DNA of 63,838 nt, counting the filler, from Olpidium bornovanus S191 (taxonomy: Eukaryota > Fungi > Olpidiomycota): assembly GCA_017911155.1 (NCBI GenBank). It is 30 parts of 30 records of this genome, joined end to end, with 100 filler letters (N's around TTAATTAATTAA, not from the genome) between each part and the next. Parts side by side here need not be neighbours in the genome. Positions count along the whole stretch, not along the records: positions 46,071 to 48,067 come from JAEFCI010001142.1; positions 48,168 to 49,862 come from JAEFCI010007103.1; positions 49,963 to 51,757 come from JAEFCI010007902.1; positions 51,858 to 52,924 come from JAEFCI010002762.1; positions 53,025 to 54,472 come from JAEFCI010011106.1; positions 54,573 to 57,824 come from JAEFCI010010956.1; 24 more parts are not named here. One strand, given 5' to 3'. Made by a program: the position numbers and the translations under genes. A model generated the notes under the pieces. It did no database searches and was not told where the DNA came from. It saw nothing but the letters and a program-made list of their open reading frames with translations. Shown in pieces: positions 46,236 to 57,470 of this stretch (position 1 is the stretch's first letter; the number at the start of each line of letters is the position of its first letter).

Positions 46236-47971
46236 TCAGGCCCCAACCATTTCTTCGTCTTCCGCATCCTCCGTGTCCCAGTACCGGATGGTCTTGTCGA
46301 AGCCGCACGACACGAGCCTGTCTCCGCTCCGCCCGCCGCCGTCGGACTGGTACCACAACGCCCTGACAACGCCCTTGTGGCCGCTGAGCTCCGCGACGCA
46401 CTCGGTGCTGGCGACGCTGAACACGCGAATGACCATTCCGCCGGCTGTCGAGTACACGTAGCGGCCGGAGGGATGCCACAGCGACCGAGGCTGGCCCAGC
46501 TCGTTCGCGACGTCCCCGGGGGCCGACGCCGAGCAAAGCCAAGGGTCATAGAAGTTGCGGACTTGCCTCGACGTGTGTGTCTCGAACAGGATGAGGCGGC
46601 CCGTGGGCGCAGACGTTGTGACCAAGACGTACTCGCCCGACGGCGACGGGGATATGTCCACAGCACTGAAAGACACTACGAAAGGCGAAAGAGGGCGCAA
46701 AGGTCCGACGTTGTTTCGGCAGGATTGAGATGTTCGAAGGTGTGTCAGCGGCAGGCTCCTGATGTGTACCAGCAAGATTGGGTTCGCCGGATGTGTCTTA
46801 ACGGGAATGGGCGTCCAGACGCAGCAAAATTGGGTTGTCCCGGACGCGTATCACCAGGATGATGGTTGCCGACATAGCCGCACGACCTCAGAACTCACGG
46901 GAAAACTCCACGTCAACCCGTGTGATGTTTTTGCTCACCCCAGTCGTCGTCGTTCACGTTCATGTTCACTTTGACGTCTTCCAGTGCGTCCAGATTGATG
47001 TAGTGCAGGTAGTTGTCGTCGCGGACGCCGACTACGACCGTGTTGGGGCTGCGAGGAAGGACGGCGAGGGCGTCGATGCGCCCTTTGAACTTGAACCGAT
47101 GCGCCATCCGGTACGCCGGCCAGCCGGCGGGTACGATGCCCGCCTCCGCGGCGTCGGCCCAGTTCCGCTCGACGAGGTCCTCGCCCGCCGGCGCGAAGCT
47201 GGCGACGCGGCGGTACACGACGAGCGTCCCGTCATAGGATCCCGTGACGAGGTGTTCGGCCGCGCCCGGGGTAAAGGCGAGGCGCGAGACGTACTTCGTG
47301 TGGTCGCGCATCCTCTGCATCACCCTCCCCGTGGCGGCGTCCACGAGTGCGACGGACGAGTCCATCGAGCCCGTGGCCATGAGCCTAGCGTGCTCCGGGT
47401 GGAAATCGAGGCAGAGCACGGGGCCCCTGTGGTGGTCGCAGATCGAGAGGACTTCGCCGTCCTCGGCGGCCGAGAGCTTGACCGTCCGGTCCGCCGCGGC
47501 CGAGACGACGACGCGCCTGGTCCTCTTCCCCTCTTCCTCCCCCTGCGCCTCCTCTCCCCCCGCGCCTCCGCGGTCCAGGAACGTGGCCGGGAACTCCAGC
47601 TCGTGGGTGCGCACGATGATAACGTTGGTGTTGTGGATGTCTTCGAACGCCGTGCCCGCCTTCCGCGGGAAAGCGACGTCCGGCGCCCCGCGGTCGAGGT
47701 CGTCGTCGCAGGCACTCCGCTCCTTGTCGGAGAGGCTCGCGGCTGCCATCTTCTCCCTAAACCTGTCCTCCTCGAACTGGGCGAGCAGCGGGACGAGGGG
47801 CGGGCGGGGAGTGAAGGTGCTGAAGTAGTCCCTGGCGGCGTCGTCGGCGTCGAACACGTCGGGGCACTCGCGCAAGAGCTGTGCGAGGGTCTCGCGGCGG
47901 CCCTGCTGCGCCAAGAAGTGCGCGACGAGGGCGTAGGCCTGCTGCGGCCGCGGCACGGCGCCGTCCGTCAT
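46236..47971 (-). CDS. LisH-like + WD40-repeat protein
   Basis: N-terminal AYALVAHFLAQQGRRETLAQLLRE; WD repeats HHRGPVLCLDFHP..LMATGSMD, DHTKYVSRLAF..LVTGSYDG and LSGHKGVVRALW..LVSCGFDKTIRYWD. Confidence 0.85.
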
Positions 47972-48167
47972 CGTGCGGCTAGATGTCGCTCGGCCGGTCT
48001 CGAGATCGCCGTGGGTCGCTGCGGGTTTCGCCCAGACGGGAGAGGGAGGAGGAGTGCGACGGGCATGNNNNNNNNNNNNNNNNNNNNNNNNNNNNNNNNN
48101 NNNNNNNNNNNTTAATTAATTAANNNNNNNNNNNNNNNNNNNNNNNNNNNNNNNNNNNNNNNNNNNN

Positions 48168-48424
48168 AGCGGAAGCTCTTGCCTCGGTGGGTTGGGCCCT
48201 ATGTTGTGGACGAAGTAAACCAAGACACTCGAACGTACGCCCTTCGTGAGCTGGATGGAACCCCGTTAAAGACTCGATATTCGGGAACTCGGATCCGGCT
48301 GTTCCGCCGTCGAACTGGTGAGATGCGAACAGAACCGACCCAACTGGAGGCGGAGCTCAGCGAAAAAGACGAGTTGGGACGTGACGAAGAAGAAACAGAC
48401 CTGTGTTTAAGAATGCACGATTAA
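48168..48424 (+). mobile_element. Ty3/Gypsy pol C-terminus (integrase C-terminal domain)
   Basis: RKLLPRWVGPYVVDEV...TYALRELDGTPLKTRYSGTRIRLF matches the fungal Gypsy pattern KL.PRW.GPY.V.....Y.L.ELDGT; acidic tail, then stop. Confidence 0.8.
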
Positions 48425-48853
48425 CACGCAACGAGCTTACTTGAACTACGAATGCCCTGATTCCTCTCGAGGATACGTAGGCAGTCTATGAACCGCGGGA
48501 AACCTCGGGGAGATGCGGGAGAAAAAAACGATCGATGCAAAATGTTGGATCACCGCATTGCAACACGAGAAAGTGGAGGACACACTTGGGACGTTTTCGA
48601 TGATCGAACAGGACGGGGAGAGGTGGCGCTCCAGTGCTCTGGTCTCCGTGGGACAGGACCAACTAGGAACAAGACCCCACGTTCTGAGCTGCTTCGGGAA
48701 AATAAAGGGGAACGATACCACTGGGAGAATATGATCCAAAACTGCCGGTCCAAATTCCAAAACTTGATCTCGAAATTCCACCATACTCACGGTTTTTTTT
48801 ATTATTATTTCGTTTCCCTCTGGAGGGAAGGAGAAAGGGGAGTGGCGTTGCGG

Positions 48854-49633
48854 CTACGGAGCGGGCGGCATGTCAGCTGCCGCCGAGCCGGGAGCCGATG
48901 CGTTGCCGCTGGAGGAAGACCCGCCGGGAGCAACGGTCGCCGAGGAAGACCCGCTGGCAGATGGCGTCGCGGGGGCGGCCACCGAGGAAGGCTCACTGGT
49001 AGCAAGGGGCGCGGGGACTGAAGAGGCGGAGGTCGACGACGGAAGGGCGACTGCAGCGGTTGTCCGCGACCGCGTGCTACGATGACTGCTGGGAGCGGTG
49101 ACGGTCGCGATCCTGCGACTTGTTGTGGAGGCGGAGGTGGAGCCGGATGTTGCCGGGGCAGGCGCGTGTCTGGTCGTTGACGCGGAAGCGTGGCTGGCGC
49201 GAGCCTGCGACCGCGTGACGCGATCCGAAGGGGGAGGGGCGCCCTCGTCCCTGCCGCCTCCCTCGGGATTATTGTCGTCATTGCGCGGAACATCCCGCCA
49301 AATGTCTGAGAAGAGAAAATTTCGTGAGCGCGTTTGGCCCTGGTCAACCCGGGACATGTCGATGGGAGGGTCCTCCCGTGCGCCCGCGAGCCGGTGGAGA
49401 AAATTATAGGATTCGGCACTTTGGCGGAGCTCCGGGAACCAAGAGTTCCGGGCGCGGGGAGAAATGGCTGCAGGGGCATCGTCTGCAAGCTCGGCGTCTG
49501 GCTGCGGCGGAGAGACCGGGTGCATGAGGACGCGAACCTGGATATAACTGTCGTCAGCAACGGGAGCCGGGCGCGGATCGTAGTCGCAATCTTCGGGGCT
49601 GCCGGGGCCACAATACTGCGTGTCTGACGGCAA
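48854..49633 (-). CDS. Unknown ORF convergent with Gypsy pol (candidate antisense accessory gene); conserved ~70-aa block plus Ser/Ala/Thr-rich tail
   Basis: 259-aa intronless frame, extending upstream through a TAG (MIDAFLQVMN*PASFWLP...). A paralog lies at 56520-57082. Confidence 0.6.
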   Translation of the reverse strand: MPSDTQYCGPGSPEDCDYDPRPAPVADDSYIQVRVLMHPVSPPQPDAELADDAPAAISPRARNSWFPELRQSAESYNFLHRLAGAREDPPIDMSRVDQGQTRSRNFLFSDIWRDVPRNDDNNPEGGGRDEGAPPPSDRVTRSQARASHASASTTRHAPAPATSGSTSASTTSRRIATVTAPSSHRSTRSRTTAAVALPSSTSASSVPAPLATSEPSSVAAPATPSASGSSSATVAPGGSSSSGNASAPGSAAADMPPAP

Positions 49634-50328
49634 GAACAGGAATTCCAGATCGCGAGGATCCGCAGGAAGCCAAAAGGAGGCTGGCTAATTCATGACCTGG
49701 AGGAAGGCGTCAATCATTGATCGGCGAAGTCTGCAAGTAGACATGAAAGAGGTTATCTATCAAAGTGGAGTTGTAGTACGAGGGAGGGACCAGAACTGAC
49801 TGGAGAAGGGCAATGCAGGCTTCGGTACTTCTGTCCTCGTGGACGGCACGAAACCTCCACGCNNNNNNNNNNNNNNNNNNNNNNNNNNNNNNNNNNNNNN
49901 NNNNNNTTAATTAATTAANNNNNNNNNNNNNNNNNNNNNNNNNNNNNNNNNNNNNNNNNNNNCATGAGGGTGTAACCCCCAGAGACCCACCGTTGAAGAG
50001 TCCCGCGACCAGACGAAAACCCGGGCAGAATACCCGGATCAGGTGCAAGCTCGTGGATAACCCATCTTCCCGGCAGACGCACGGTTCACAATCTCTCCTC
50101 GAAGTAACGTGCTCTTGCTCGAGGGAAACGTGGATGCTGGGTCTGGCGCAAGCTCGTCGGTAATCCATCTGCCCGGAAGGCTCCACGGTCCACAATATCT
50201 CCTCGGCGAAACGTTCTTTTTCAAAAAAAATAAATCTACTTCTACGTCCTTGCCTGCCGCGCATTGCGGCTGACGCTTAACTTGGGCCGTAGAAAGGCGA
50301 TTTTCTTGCCGCGCCACAACTATAAAAA

Positions 50329-51622
50329 TCACACTTCATCTAGAGATCCGTGAACGACAAGGTCATCCAGCGTCACTTCCAAGAACGGCGGGGTGTGCTC
50401 GCGGAGAAGCTCTGGTGCCGGATGTGGCGGCGTGAGGAGGACCGTCACCGTGCTGCGAGCCAAGTTTGAGATGGAAAGCGAGGGGAAGCGCGGGAATTTT
50501 TTTTTTGAATTCTCGTGTGTAACGTGTGTCCCGTGAAAAGGAACGTCCGTTCCTTTAACAAAAACCGCAAACGATCGACACGCACCGTTCGCCCGTCAAG
50601 AAAGGTTTGACCCATTTGTCGAACACGCGCCGCAGGTCTGCGGCCGTCACCTTGCCGATCTGCTTCTCCGCGTTGTCGACAAGCTCGTGTACGGTTCGAA
50701 ACCCCTTTTAGCGTGCCGGGGAAGGAAGTAATTGTTAACGACCCACTCGCTAAGGAACCTCAATACACGCAAACTGCTGCTGCTTCCGAATAACGCACCT
50801 GTATCGCCGCCCGGAGGCCCGCTGCGACAACCCCCCCCGCGGTGGCTGCCTCCGTGCAGATCCGGTACGCGCAGGCGGCTTGCGCGGTCTCGATGTCAAA
50901 GTCGGTCGTGAAGTTCCCCCATCTAGTGTCGAAGTTGCGGATGACCTCATGGAACGCCTTGATCGCCTGCAAACGCAACACGACAACCAGAGAGGAAACG
51001 TGGGCTCAGGATCGCTATTTTGGTGGGCGGAAGGCAAAATCCCCATTCGGATGACATGCTCACATTTCGCGGATCGGCAGCGTCATAGATATCGAAAGCC
51101 AATTGACCTGTCCAAGATTGGGCGCTGACGGACGCTCCGTACGCGTATCCCTGGCCTCTAATTGCTGTAGCACCGCACAGACAAGTCAAAACTGTGTCGA
51201 ACAAATAATGTGTTCGACGCGCCAACTGTCACCGCACCTTCGTACAGCGGCCCCTCAGACCGAGAGATGAGCTCGCACAAAATAATTGTGGCGTAGTAAT
51301 CGTCGTGAAGCGGCTTCCCCGGCTTTGCCAAAAGGATGTCGCAGGGGACAAGCGTCATGAAGTAGCTGCTGGTGAGGGAGGGCCGTGGTGCGACAATGGC
51401 AAAGGATTGTCCGGGCGGCAAGTAGGGTTCCCGCGGAAACGGGAACGGACACAGTCGATCGGGGGCGGACAGGGAGAAGGGCTTGCGGCTCGCCGTTTCA
51501 GGGCCCGGGCCTCGACTCCGTACGTGAGCCTGGTAACAAGTGTATACCAAATCCCAGGCGGCCGTGAAAGTGTTCACGGCGGACTCTGCGTCAAGAGAGT
51601 CGTGCCCAGCCGGTGTCGCTAT
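50329..51622 (-). CDS. M16C-type zinc metallopeptidase (YOL098C/PreP-like), C-terminal exons
   Basis: LCELISRSEGPLY|AIRGQGYAYGASV..WTGQLAFDIY resembles EGP.W..IRG.GLAYG; KQIGKVTAADLRRVFDKWVKP. Confidence 0.7.
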
Positions 51623-51895
51623 CTGTAAAGAAGGGCCATGTTAAACAACACAGAACGTAAAGCGGAGAAACGTAACGATGAAAAGTTCAAATCTCTCACA
51701 TTAACAAAACCGGGCACAGGTATCCCGGTGGCCCTCGAACAGCAATCCTCTCCGACGNNNNNNNNNNNNNNNNNNNNNNNNNNNNNNNNNNNNNNNNNNN
51801 NTTAATTAATTAANNNNNNNNNNNNNNNNNNNNNNNNNNNNNNNNNNNNNNNNNNNNCAAAGGCCAGCTTAGTCAAAAGCGCGGAAAAATTTCAG

Positions 51896-52920
51896 CACGC
51901 ATCCGCCACGACCGAAGCACGGTTTGTCGGGTGGAGCGCGAGCGCGTTTCTGTTGCGCGAAGGCCTGATTCGCATGGATGGCCATCTTTTCGTCCTCACG
52001 GAAGCCGGAGCAGCTTTGGCGGACTTGCTGGGCATCCGTGATGAAGCGGTCGTTTTGAACGCCGCGCCGCGGAGGACAGCGGCCGAGACAGAATTGGAAA
52101 AGGATCGGCTGGTCCAGGCTCTGGCAGACGTTGGGCAGAGGAAGAGCCACGCTGCGACAGTAGCTGGAGCGGCGGCCTCCAGTTTTCCGTGGTCTCTTAG
52201 ACCGGCAGCACCCAGACCGGATTACCCTGCTTTGGAAAACAAATTCCAGGTGGCGGCGCAAAGTCCGGCGGAATGCGCGGCGGCGGGTAAGTCGAGTCAC
52301 TCACCACCCGCCGTTGCCGCTCCGCCCGTACGGCCGGCGGCCCTGCTTCAGAGGCTGCCGGCGCAGCCGCGGGGCTCCTTGACTTCCGCCCCCGGCAAAC
52401 TACCGCCGGGGGTTGAGCCCATCTCGCTCCGCGCGGGCAGCTACGACGTCGTCTGCCTCGTCGACACCCGCGAAGTCGCCCACGGAAGGGGCCGCGTCTA
52501 CATCTCCTCCGAACTCTCGCGGCGGGGCGTCCGCTGCGAGCTGCGCCAGCTTGAGCTCGGGGATGTGATCTGGGTCGCGCGGCACAGGCGCACGGGGAGC
52601 GAGCTCGTCCTGGACTTCGTGGTCGAAAGAAAAACGATTGAAGATCTCATCTTGAGCGTCTTTAACGCCAGGTTTGCCGAGCAGCTGGTAGGGTCCGCGG
52701 GGGGACTCGGGGGAGCTTTTAATCAATTTCTTTTCTAATTTTGCGCTCGGGGTGTGCGAAACGCGACCACGGGGTGAGACAAGGCAAGCTGAAGCGGAGA
52801 GGGGACACGCGGGGGAAAAAAAAATAATTGTTCACCTAGCATCGGCTGATCTGCAGCGGCGCGGGGAGCAAGTTCTACATTGTCGAACACTGCGCGGTGC
52901 GGACGCAGCACGAACCGAAC
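51896..52920 (+). CDS. MUS81: Mus81 structure-specific endonuclease (winged helix + ERCC4 nuclease), internal fragment
   Basis: FVLTEAGAALA; YDVVCLVDTRE; RQLELGDVIWVA; LVLDFVVERKTIEDL..S...RF.EQ; KFYIVE. Confidence 0.92.
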
Positions 52921-53176
52921 ATGANNNNNNNNNNNNNNNNNNNNNNNNNNNNNNNNNNNNNNNNNNNNTTAATTAATTAANNNNNNNNNNNNNNNNNNNN
53001 NNNNNNNNNNNNNNNNNNNNNNNNCATGGATGCACGGGGATGCGAAACGGGATCGGCTGGCCGGGGCAAATTCACTCCCGCTCCCCGGACCCTCTTCCCG
53101 CAACAGAAAAAAAAAAAAAAATTGTCGCGGGGGAAGCCGCAGCGGCGGCAGCAGCGGAGCCGGCGAGGGCGGACGG

Positions 53177-53213
<37 letters not shown>

Positions 53214-53805
53214 AAGAGAGACAGAGAACAGAGAGAAAGAGAGAGCCGGAGACAGAGACGCAGCGGGGAGATCGGGCAATCACGGCCGCTCCTCCGGCGC
53301 GCGCCGCCCTCTGAGCACCCCCCCCCCCCCCCCCCCACCCACCCCCGCGTCCGCCTGCGCAGGGAGAAGAGCCCGCGTCTGCGGGCGCTGGAAGACGCGT
53401 CGCTTGCCCACTGCCCCCGAGCCCGGTCGTCCAGCTTGCGGGCCAAGCTGTGATCCGCCCCCGCCCCTCCCCCTCCCCCCCTTCCCGCCCCCCGCTTCCC
53501 CCGCCTTGTCGGAGGACTGCCCGGTTGGCACAGGGTTGTTCTTTGCCTTATTCTCACACCGCACCGCGCCTCCAAACGGCTGTCAATATCCCGAGATCAG
53601 AGCCTGCGCCTCCGCGCGCCAGGTTGAGCCACGCACCGCGACGTAAGATTGGGCCGTTCCGCGGCTCTCGGCAAACGCCTGCGCCGCTGTCTTCCACGGA
53701 GAACGCCGACCGCTTTCGATCCGCTTCTCGTTGAGGCGCGGTCTGGCGCCAGATCGCGCTGCTATCCACGGCCACGGCGAAGGCAATCGTTCCAACTTTG
53801 TCACG

Positions 53806-54430
53806 ATGGATGTCGAGCATCAAAACATGTTCGACTTCTCTCCGGCCTTGCATCTCACGCCGGACGTTCAAGGCAAGTGCGGGGATCAGACTGCTCGGAG
53901 TTCGCTCCTTTATTATGCCCCCGACCGGCAAGCAAAGACGGGTGCTTCGGCCGCTCTGACCGCGGATTTACAGGGTTTTCCGACGACTTAAACGCCCAGG
54001 TTTCGCTGGACCCTCTCCCCGAAGGCCCCGTTCCGCTCGCGGAGTTCCCGGGCGCAACGGCCGAGCACGCGCAATCGCCTAGCCTTGCGCAATCGCCTAG
54101 CCTTGCGCCGTCGCCTAGCCTTGCGCACGGCACCCATAGTGCTTCGCCTGCACCGCTGGACGTGGCCGCGGCCTCGCCAGTATTGCCCGCGGACCTACTG
54201 GACGTTCCAGATATTTACTCGGCGACATATTCTGGGGTCGTCGTATACGAGATGATAACCCGCGGTGTTGCCGTGATGCGACGGCGGGCCGACGGGTATC
54301 TGAACGCGACGCAGATCCTCAAAGACGCCGGCGTGGAGAAGGGCAAGAGGACGAAAATCCTCGAGAAGGAAATCCACGTTGGGCGGCATGAGAAGATCCA
54401 GGGCGGTTACGGGAAGTACCAGGGAACCTG
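53806..54430 (+). CDS. MBP1: Mbp1/Res-type APSES transcription factor (MBF/SBF subunit), N-terminal part
   Basis: [14 protein letters not shown]...[30 protein letters not shown]....[15 protein letters not shown]. Exon 1 (MDVEHQ...) joins in frame through a GC-AG intron at 53873-53973. An 18-bp triple repeat encodes (Q/P)SPSLA. Confidence 0.92.
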
Positions 54431-54572
54431 GTAAACGACCCGGAGATTTATGTCGTACGCCAGATTGCATGANNNNNNNNNNNNNNNNNNNNNNNNNNNN
54501 NNNNNNNNNNNNNNNNTTAATTAATTAANNNNNNNNNNNNNNNNNNNNNNNNNNNNNNNNNNNNNNNNNNNN

Positions 54573-55130
54573 ATCACGTGACCCTCCAGATCAAGATCAA
54601 GACCAAGAACGGTGCGAGCGGGCCCACCAATGTGGTGGCGCCCGTGGTGTGGTGGGCTCACCGGTGTGGGGGCGCCCAAGCCATAATATCGGCAAATTCC
54701 CACCACGCTGAGGGCTTCGGAGTATTTTCCGAGCCCGCGGTGAATTTCCACCACACCCCCGTGGTATTTCCGAGCCCAACGCCAGTGCGGGAGCTGCAAT
54801 ACTGGATATTGCGCTCCACGTATGGCGGGCCAGATATTGCGCACCGGATGGTGCGCACAGGTACGCGCAGTACTGAGCGCACGTCTGTGCACGCACACAC
54901 GCACCGCATATCCGCTACGGCGCCGGCTAGGGTAGCTGCGCCTATATATATATATATAGCGCATACGCCACGTACCTTCCAGACCTCCAGAATCCTACAC
55001 AGTTAGCACATTCCCAGAACTTGCAGAATCCTGTGCTCCACGTACACCAGACCCTGATCCAGAGCTAGACGGCGACTACAATTAATCTCCAGACAGCGCT
55101 ACGCGCAGATTACGTAGTTCGCACGTTACA
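54573..55130. mobile_element. Partial LTR-like sequence ending ...GTTACA
   Basis: Terminal GTTACA (reverse complement TGTAAC, a typical LTR end); a (TA)n TATA-like box at about 54945; repeated ATTT(T)CCGAGCCC motifs; no convincing ORF. The other end is lost at the contig break. Confidence 0.45.
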
Positions 55131-56519
55131 CAGAAAGAGGTTCGGGAAACACGAGGGTCCGGGTGGCGGGAGACGGGAGGGAAGGGGTGTGCGTCACTTT
55201 CAAGGGAGTCTTCAAAGAGTCACGGCGCCCCCACCCTGAGCAAGAAGGCGAGCAAGTCGGCAAAACGAACCTTGTGTCGCGCCAAATTAAGCTCAAACGG
55301 AGGACGTCCTCGCCCGGGAGCCCCCCCCCCCCCACTCCGAGGAGGGAGGGGAGAAGAACACTTGGCGTCCAGGAACAGGGGGAAGGGCATATATGATGGA
55401 ACTCCTGGCAGACGGCGCCGGAGTTGCCGTCGCGGGGGGCACTGCGCAGCAGCAGAGCGACGAAGCCGCGGCCAGCAGACTCATGGCCGCGGCGCCCCAG
55501 GAGCCCTGCAGCTCGGGAGGGCGCCGAACCGAGGAGTTTGCTCCTCTGCCACCCCAGCTCTGAGGGGAAGGCTCGAGCTCCCGCTCCAATTCTACACTGA
55601 CGGCGCTTACGGTTGCGGCGGACGGCTCCGCCCTAGTCGAGACCCCGCTACGATGCACCGGAGGGAGACAGAGGGCGACGAGGGCAACTGCAAGCGAAGC
55701 TACAGCTTTGGAGGGACCTTCGATAACAACGACTGCTACCGGGGGCACTAGAGGCACCTCAGAGCCTGGTCGTTGGTAAAGGCCCGGATGGCGAGGGTGC
55801 GGTGGTAACAGCGGCCCGAGTACGACTTACTAAGGATGTGGGTCTGGAATGCCTTGATGATGAGCTCGACGAAGAAGGATTGGCCGTGAACCCTGTTGCC
55901 GTTGTCGGAGGAGATCCTGCCCTCCCTCCGCGACCGGGTCACGTGACCCCACCCATACATAGCCACGCCTCGCCGCCCCCTCGCCTTCTGTCTTTTCCCA
56001 CGACAAAAGAAACATACAAACAAAAGAAAAACCCGCCCGCTTTTGGCTGCCTTGCACCGCGGCGCCTGCGAACGGCGTTGGCGAGCTCATTGGGACAAGG
56101 GGGGGTTGTCGACGGGGAGACAAAGCGGAGAGGAAGGGGAGCGCTCCGACCTGTCCATCAAAGGGTCTATCGAAGGGGCCAGCGAGGTACGAACGCTAAG
56201 AAACGTTACGTGTTGTTTGGAGGAGGGATAAAACGTCCCGCGCACTGCCTTGCATCCGTGCCTTCGCAGCAAGGGCCCTAGCCACCCCACCGCCCTGTCA
56301 CCCCTCGAGGGACGGCTCATATTCCTTGACACCGTCGACGATTTGACAGCACATTACTGTTAATAGTGGGGTACTAGTTTGGATACTCCAGAATGAGCCT
56401 CCTTGGTTAATGCAAGCTTGGGCAGCATCATTATATGCCAATTTATTGTAATGGTCCCGATAATAATAAATATATTAATTATATATAAAATAAACGTTGA
56501 CGAGGTTGTCGGCGTCGAA

Positions 56520-57082
56520 GCGGTAGCGCGGGAACTTGAGGACGTGGGTTGTTCCGCCTGCTGTTGACGCAGCTGCGGCCTGCGACCGAATAACGCGATC
56601 GCTCCCTGAGGTGGCAGCGATGGACGGACCTGTGGCACTTGATGACGCCGTTTCAGAACCGCTGCTTGCTGCCGCTGCTGGATTTGCTGCACCGTGTGCG
56701 GAGGCTTGCCGGCTGAGCCGTCGTCATTGTGCTGGAGGCGGTCCATCGCGGTCTCCTTCGTCTCCATTATCTCTGGCGCAGGCTCTGTCACTGTCGTTGT
56801 CTTCTCCTGCACCAGATGTCTGCGAATCAGGAAACTGCGAGTACGCACTTGGCCGTCAGAGATTCGTGAAACCAGCGCCGGGTACGTTTCTCGTCTCGAA
56901 GTCCAATAAAGTAGGCGGTTGTATGTTCCGGGCGACATGTGCGGGCGTCCAAGCCAGCTTGACCGAGCACGACGAGGAGCTGGGGCAGCAAACTTGTCCG
57001 GTAGCTCCGTATCCGGCAACGGCGTGCGCGCCACGGCGGCCGCGGCGGGGAGGGTAGCGTTAATGGGGGGGGAAGGACGCAA
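56520..57082 (-). pseudogene. Frameshifted paralog of the 48854-49633 ORF
   Basis: PLPDTELPD..RARSSW..YN.L..RE..P..SR..GQ.R.R.FL, a +1 nt frameshift, FADIW, and later SDRVIRSQA (SDRVTRSQA in the other copy). 31/70 aa identical with no amino-acid gaps. Confidence 0.75.
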
Positions 57083-57280
57083 CGCTGCTCACCCTCTCAC
57101 CACTTACGGCCACTGCTTCATCAAGGTGAATCACGAAACCGTGCATGACGACCACCCGACGCTCAGACAACGCACTCAAAAGAGACTCCTGGAAGCTGCT
57201 GCAAATATATACAGCCCGCAGTCCTCCAATTTCCAGCTCCCTCTGTAGCTTCTTGACGGGTGTGGACCGATGGGAAGATT

Positions 57281-57470
57281 CGGGTGCCGATGGCGAAGCC
57301 GAGCCGAGCGGAGTCGAAGCGAAGCCGCAGCGGAGCCGAGCTACGTATGCCGATGGTGAAGCCGAGCCGAGCGGAGCCGAAGCAAAGCCGAGATACGGGT
57401 GCCGGTGGCGAAGCCGAGCCGAGCGGAGCCGAAGCTACGGGTTTCGAAGCGAAGCCGAAACGGAGCCAAG
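57281..57470. repeat. Tandem ~40-bp repeats built on GCCGAGCCGAGCGGAGCCGAAGC (transposon-subterminal-like)
   Basis: Three full copies at about 57281, 57344 and 57396, plus partial copies. Confidence 0.8.

Noticed and set aside
46835-48115. Long GC-rich ORFs antisense to real genes (e.g. 46835-48115, 43930-45255, 59724-60674, 24818-25456, 27609-28259)
   Set aside because: Shadow ORFs produced by GC-rich codon bias on the opposite strand, with no motifs.
48820-48850. Purine tract GGAGGGAAGGAGAAAGGGGAG followed by TG as a Gypsy PPT and 3' LTR start
   Set aside because: What follows is a 259-codon antisense ORF rather than LTR-like sequence, and no matching LTR is available. Unresolved and not called.
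55748-56023. ISSDNG as a retroviral integrase core motif
   Set aside because: The surrounding residues do not fit the DDE core; likely chance.
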